From Candidatus Calditenuaceae archaeon (GTDB lineage Archaea; Thermoproteota; Nitrososphaeria_A; Caldarchaeales; Calditenuaceae), in assembly GCA_025058225.1 (NCBI GenBank), contig JANXEE010000024.1, positions 1-25,729 on the forward strand: a DNA stretch of 25,729 nucleotides, given 5' to 3'. Shown here in pieces: positions 24,281 to 25,729 of the stretch. Under the pieces are notes generated by a model. The model was given only the letters and a program-made list of their open reading frames with translations, searched no databases and had not been told where the DNA came from. Made by a program: the position numbers and the translations under genes. Numbering within the stretch: the first letter of the stretch is position 1; each line of letters opens with the position of its first letter.

Positions 24281-25729
24281 CCCGGAGGAGGACTCACGGG
24301 GACTCGGACGTGGTCTCAACGGCCATCGCCCTCTCGTTGGTCGTTGCAGTAGGAATAAGCTTGCTCATCCTCCTCAACTCCAGAGCTATGATCAGCCGAC
24401 AAGAAGCGGTCGAGGACCTGAACAGAGACCAACTCTTGCTGAGATCGTTGCTCGCTGCGGATTACGCGCTGTTCCCCGATCCGAGATATGGGGAGGGCTC
24501 AGGCATTGGTGTGATCAAGTTGAGAAACGTTGGAGACGTGCCAATAACGATATTCAGGTTTATCGTGTACAGAAACGGATCTGTCTCCTACGATTCAGGA
24601 ATCAATCCTTCGATGTTCATAACGCTCGGAGTGAGGTCTGAAGGAGAGAGAACGGAGGAGACCAGGTTCACATGTCGTGGTTGCAGGGCCGGTGACCCGA
24701 TACTCGTGACGATTCACTACGTTCCCACCGCACTGATAAACCCGGCAGACCCTACCACGATCGATCCGCTCTACAGGACGATGCTCTACAAGGTAGCTGA
24801 GTTCAAGCCGATCGTACCTCAGGCACTAGCTTCCCCCATCTGCCCGATACCGAATAACTGGATCTTCATCGAGTTCGTGGATCCTGTGGAGGAGATGATT
24901 AGAACGCAGGGAGGTCCTATTCAGGCTGTAATTACTAACAGGCTGAGGTTCAGGGTGACTATGGCCAGCAACCCCAATCTGGACGCAACGATCAACATCG
25001 TGGTAACCGACGGCACTAACCAGATGACCGGATCGGTGCAAATATCTCCGCCCTATCCGAGGCAATACGAGGTCGAGCTAAGAGGCCCGGTTCTGCGGTA
25101 TCCCGTGTCGATTCGATTCACGTCTGATACTGTAGACATACGTCCGGAATTGTGGAGGTTCAACACCGACAGCGAAGTCCTTATGCCGGATTATATGCGC
25201 CTCAGCGTAGACAACCTCAACAACTTAGTTGTAGGTCTGTTGGCGTCAGCTTACGCGACCGAGGACACGTCTGCGACGGTGCGCGTGGACGCTTACTGCG
25301 GCACCGAAACCATGCACCATGTGGCGAGAGGAGAGACCGTCTTGGACTTCGAGGTGAGGGGGACGAACTACGTCGCCACCCAATCTATGGGATATCTCAA
25401 TCCAACCGTTCAGATGGCCCTGATACGCGTTGTAGAGATGACCTTCAGCGACGTCACGGTAATCGTTTGGACGACAGCCACGCGATACGTCACCACCACT
25501 ACCACACAGACACTCACCAGCTTCAGGACCACCACGGTTCCGAGGACGACGGTAACTACGACGTCCACCAGCGTGGTGACCGCCTCAACGACTTGGGTAG
25601 TTTCAACCACAACGACCACAACGAATACTACTTCAACGTCAACATCATGGGCCACGTCATGGACGACGACAACTATCATATTGACGAGTACAACGAGTAT
25701 ACCAACCGCAACAACGACGATAACACTAA
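24277..25729 (+). CDS. large pilin-like surface protein with Thr-rich C-terminal stalk, 3'-truncated by the window edge
   Basis: Absent from the ORF track because it is edge-truncated. I verified 484 codons with no stop from ATG 24277 to 25728. A perfect GGAGGTG (24262-24268) lies 8 nt upstream. The N-terminus is MTRRRTHG|DSDVVSTAIALSLVVAVGISLLILL (pilin-like). The C-terminal part is TTATRYVTTTTTQTLTSFRTTTVPRTTVTTTSTS.... Confidence 0.7.
   Translation, partial: MTRRRTHGDSDVVSTAIALSLVVAVGISLLILLNSRAMISRQEAVEDLNRDQLLLRSLLAADYALFPDPRYGEGSGIGVIKLRNVGDVPITIFRFIVYRNGSVSYDSGINPSMFITLGVRSEGERTEETRFTCRGCRAGDPILVTIHYVPTALINPADPTTIDPLYRTMLYKVAEFKPIVPQALASPICPIPNNWIFIEFVDPVEEMIRTQGGPIQAVITNRLRFRVTMASNPNLDATINIVVTDGTNQMTGSVQISPPYPRQYEVELRGPVLRYPVSIRFTSDTVDIRPELWRFNTDSEVLMPDYMRLSVDNLNNLVVGLLASAYATEDTSATVRVDAYCGTETMHHVARGETVLDFEVRGTNYVATQSMGYLNPTVQMALIRVVEMTFSDVTVIVWTTATRYVTTTTTQTLTSFRTTTVPRTTVTTTSTSVVTASTTWVVSTTTTTTNTTSTSTSWATSWTTTTIILTSTTSIPTATTTITL
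25471..25729 (+). repeat. Thr/Ser-rich low-complexity coding region (ACN-codon rich)
   Basis: From codon WTTATRY onward most residues are Thr or Ser. This explains the spurious Val-rich antisense ORF 25410..25679. Confidence 0.85.

Noticed and set aside
25410-25679. Val-rich 89-aa minus-strand ORF
   Set aside because: It is the reverse complement of the ACN-rich Thr tract of the edge ORF 24277..>25729, so it is an artefact of low-complexity sequence.
1-25729. CRISPR arrays, rRNA genes, IS elements or transposases, integrases
   Set aside because: No regularly spaced direct repeats, no rRNA-like conserved stretches, no terminal inverted repeats flanking a transposase-like ORF, and no tyrosine or serine recombinase-like ORF were seen on either strand.

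Overview
This window is high-GC archaeal DNA. Supporting signs are a tRNA with two introns, TATA-like boxes about 26-31 nt upstream of first-gene ATGs (leaderless style), and GGAGGTG Shine-Dalgarno sites before operon-internal genes. I see three blocks. (1) 1-7263 is a tailed-virus (HK97-like) structural cluster split into two divergent operons around an AT-rich control region. Leftward are portal, a 350-aa protein, a DUF2190-like small head protein and the major capsid protein (edge-truncated, missing from the ORF track). Rightward are an RHH regulator, tail tube, chaperone, gp10-like protein and tape measure. The cluster stops at the tape measure, with no terminase, integrase or distal-tail genes in view. 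(2) 7307-15479 holds cellular genes: thpR, Cu+-ATPase copA with a YHS/TRASH N-terminus, a DUF420-like protein, an aldo/keto reductase, an orphan FtsX permease, an orphan nuoL and a secreted hypothetical. (3) To the right of a two-intron tRNA-Met(CAU) lies a visibly less GC-rich island. It carries a type IV pilus-like locus with two small pilins, a FlaJ/TadC-like platform protein and two large pilin-like surface proteins; the last one is Thr-rich, edge-truncated and missing from the track. No ATPase or prepilin peptidase is present. The island also holds two paralogous multi-zinc-ribbon/wHTH proteins flanking an MFS transporter. All functional calls rest on by-eye motif recognition and gene order; no searches were run.
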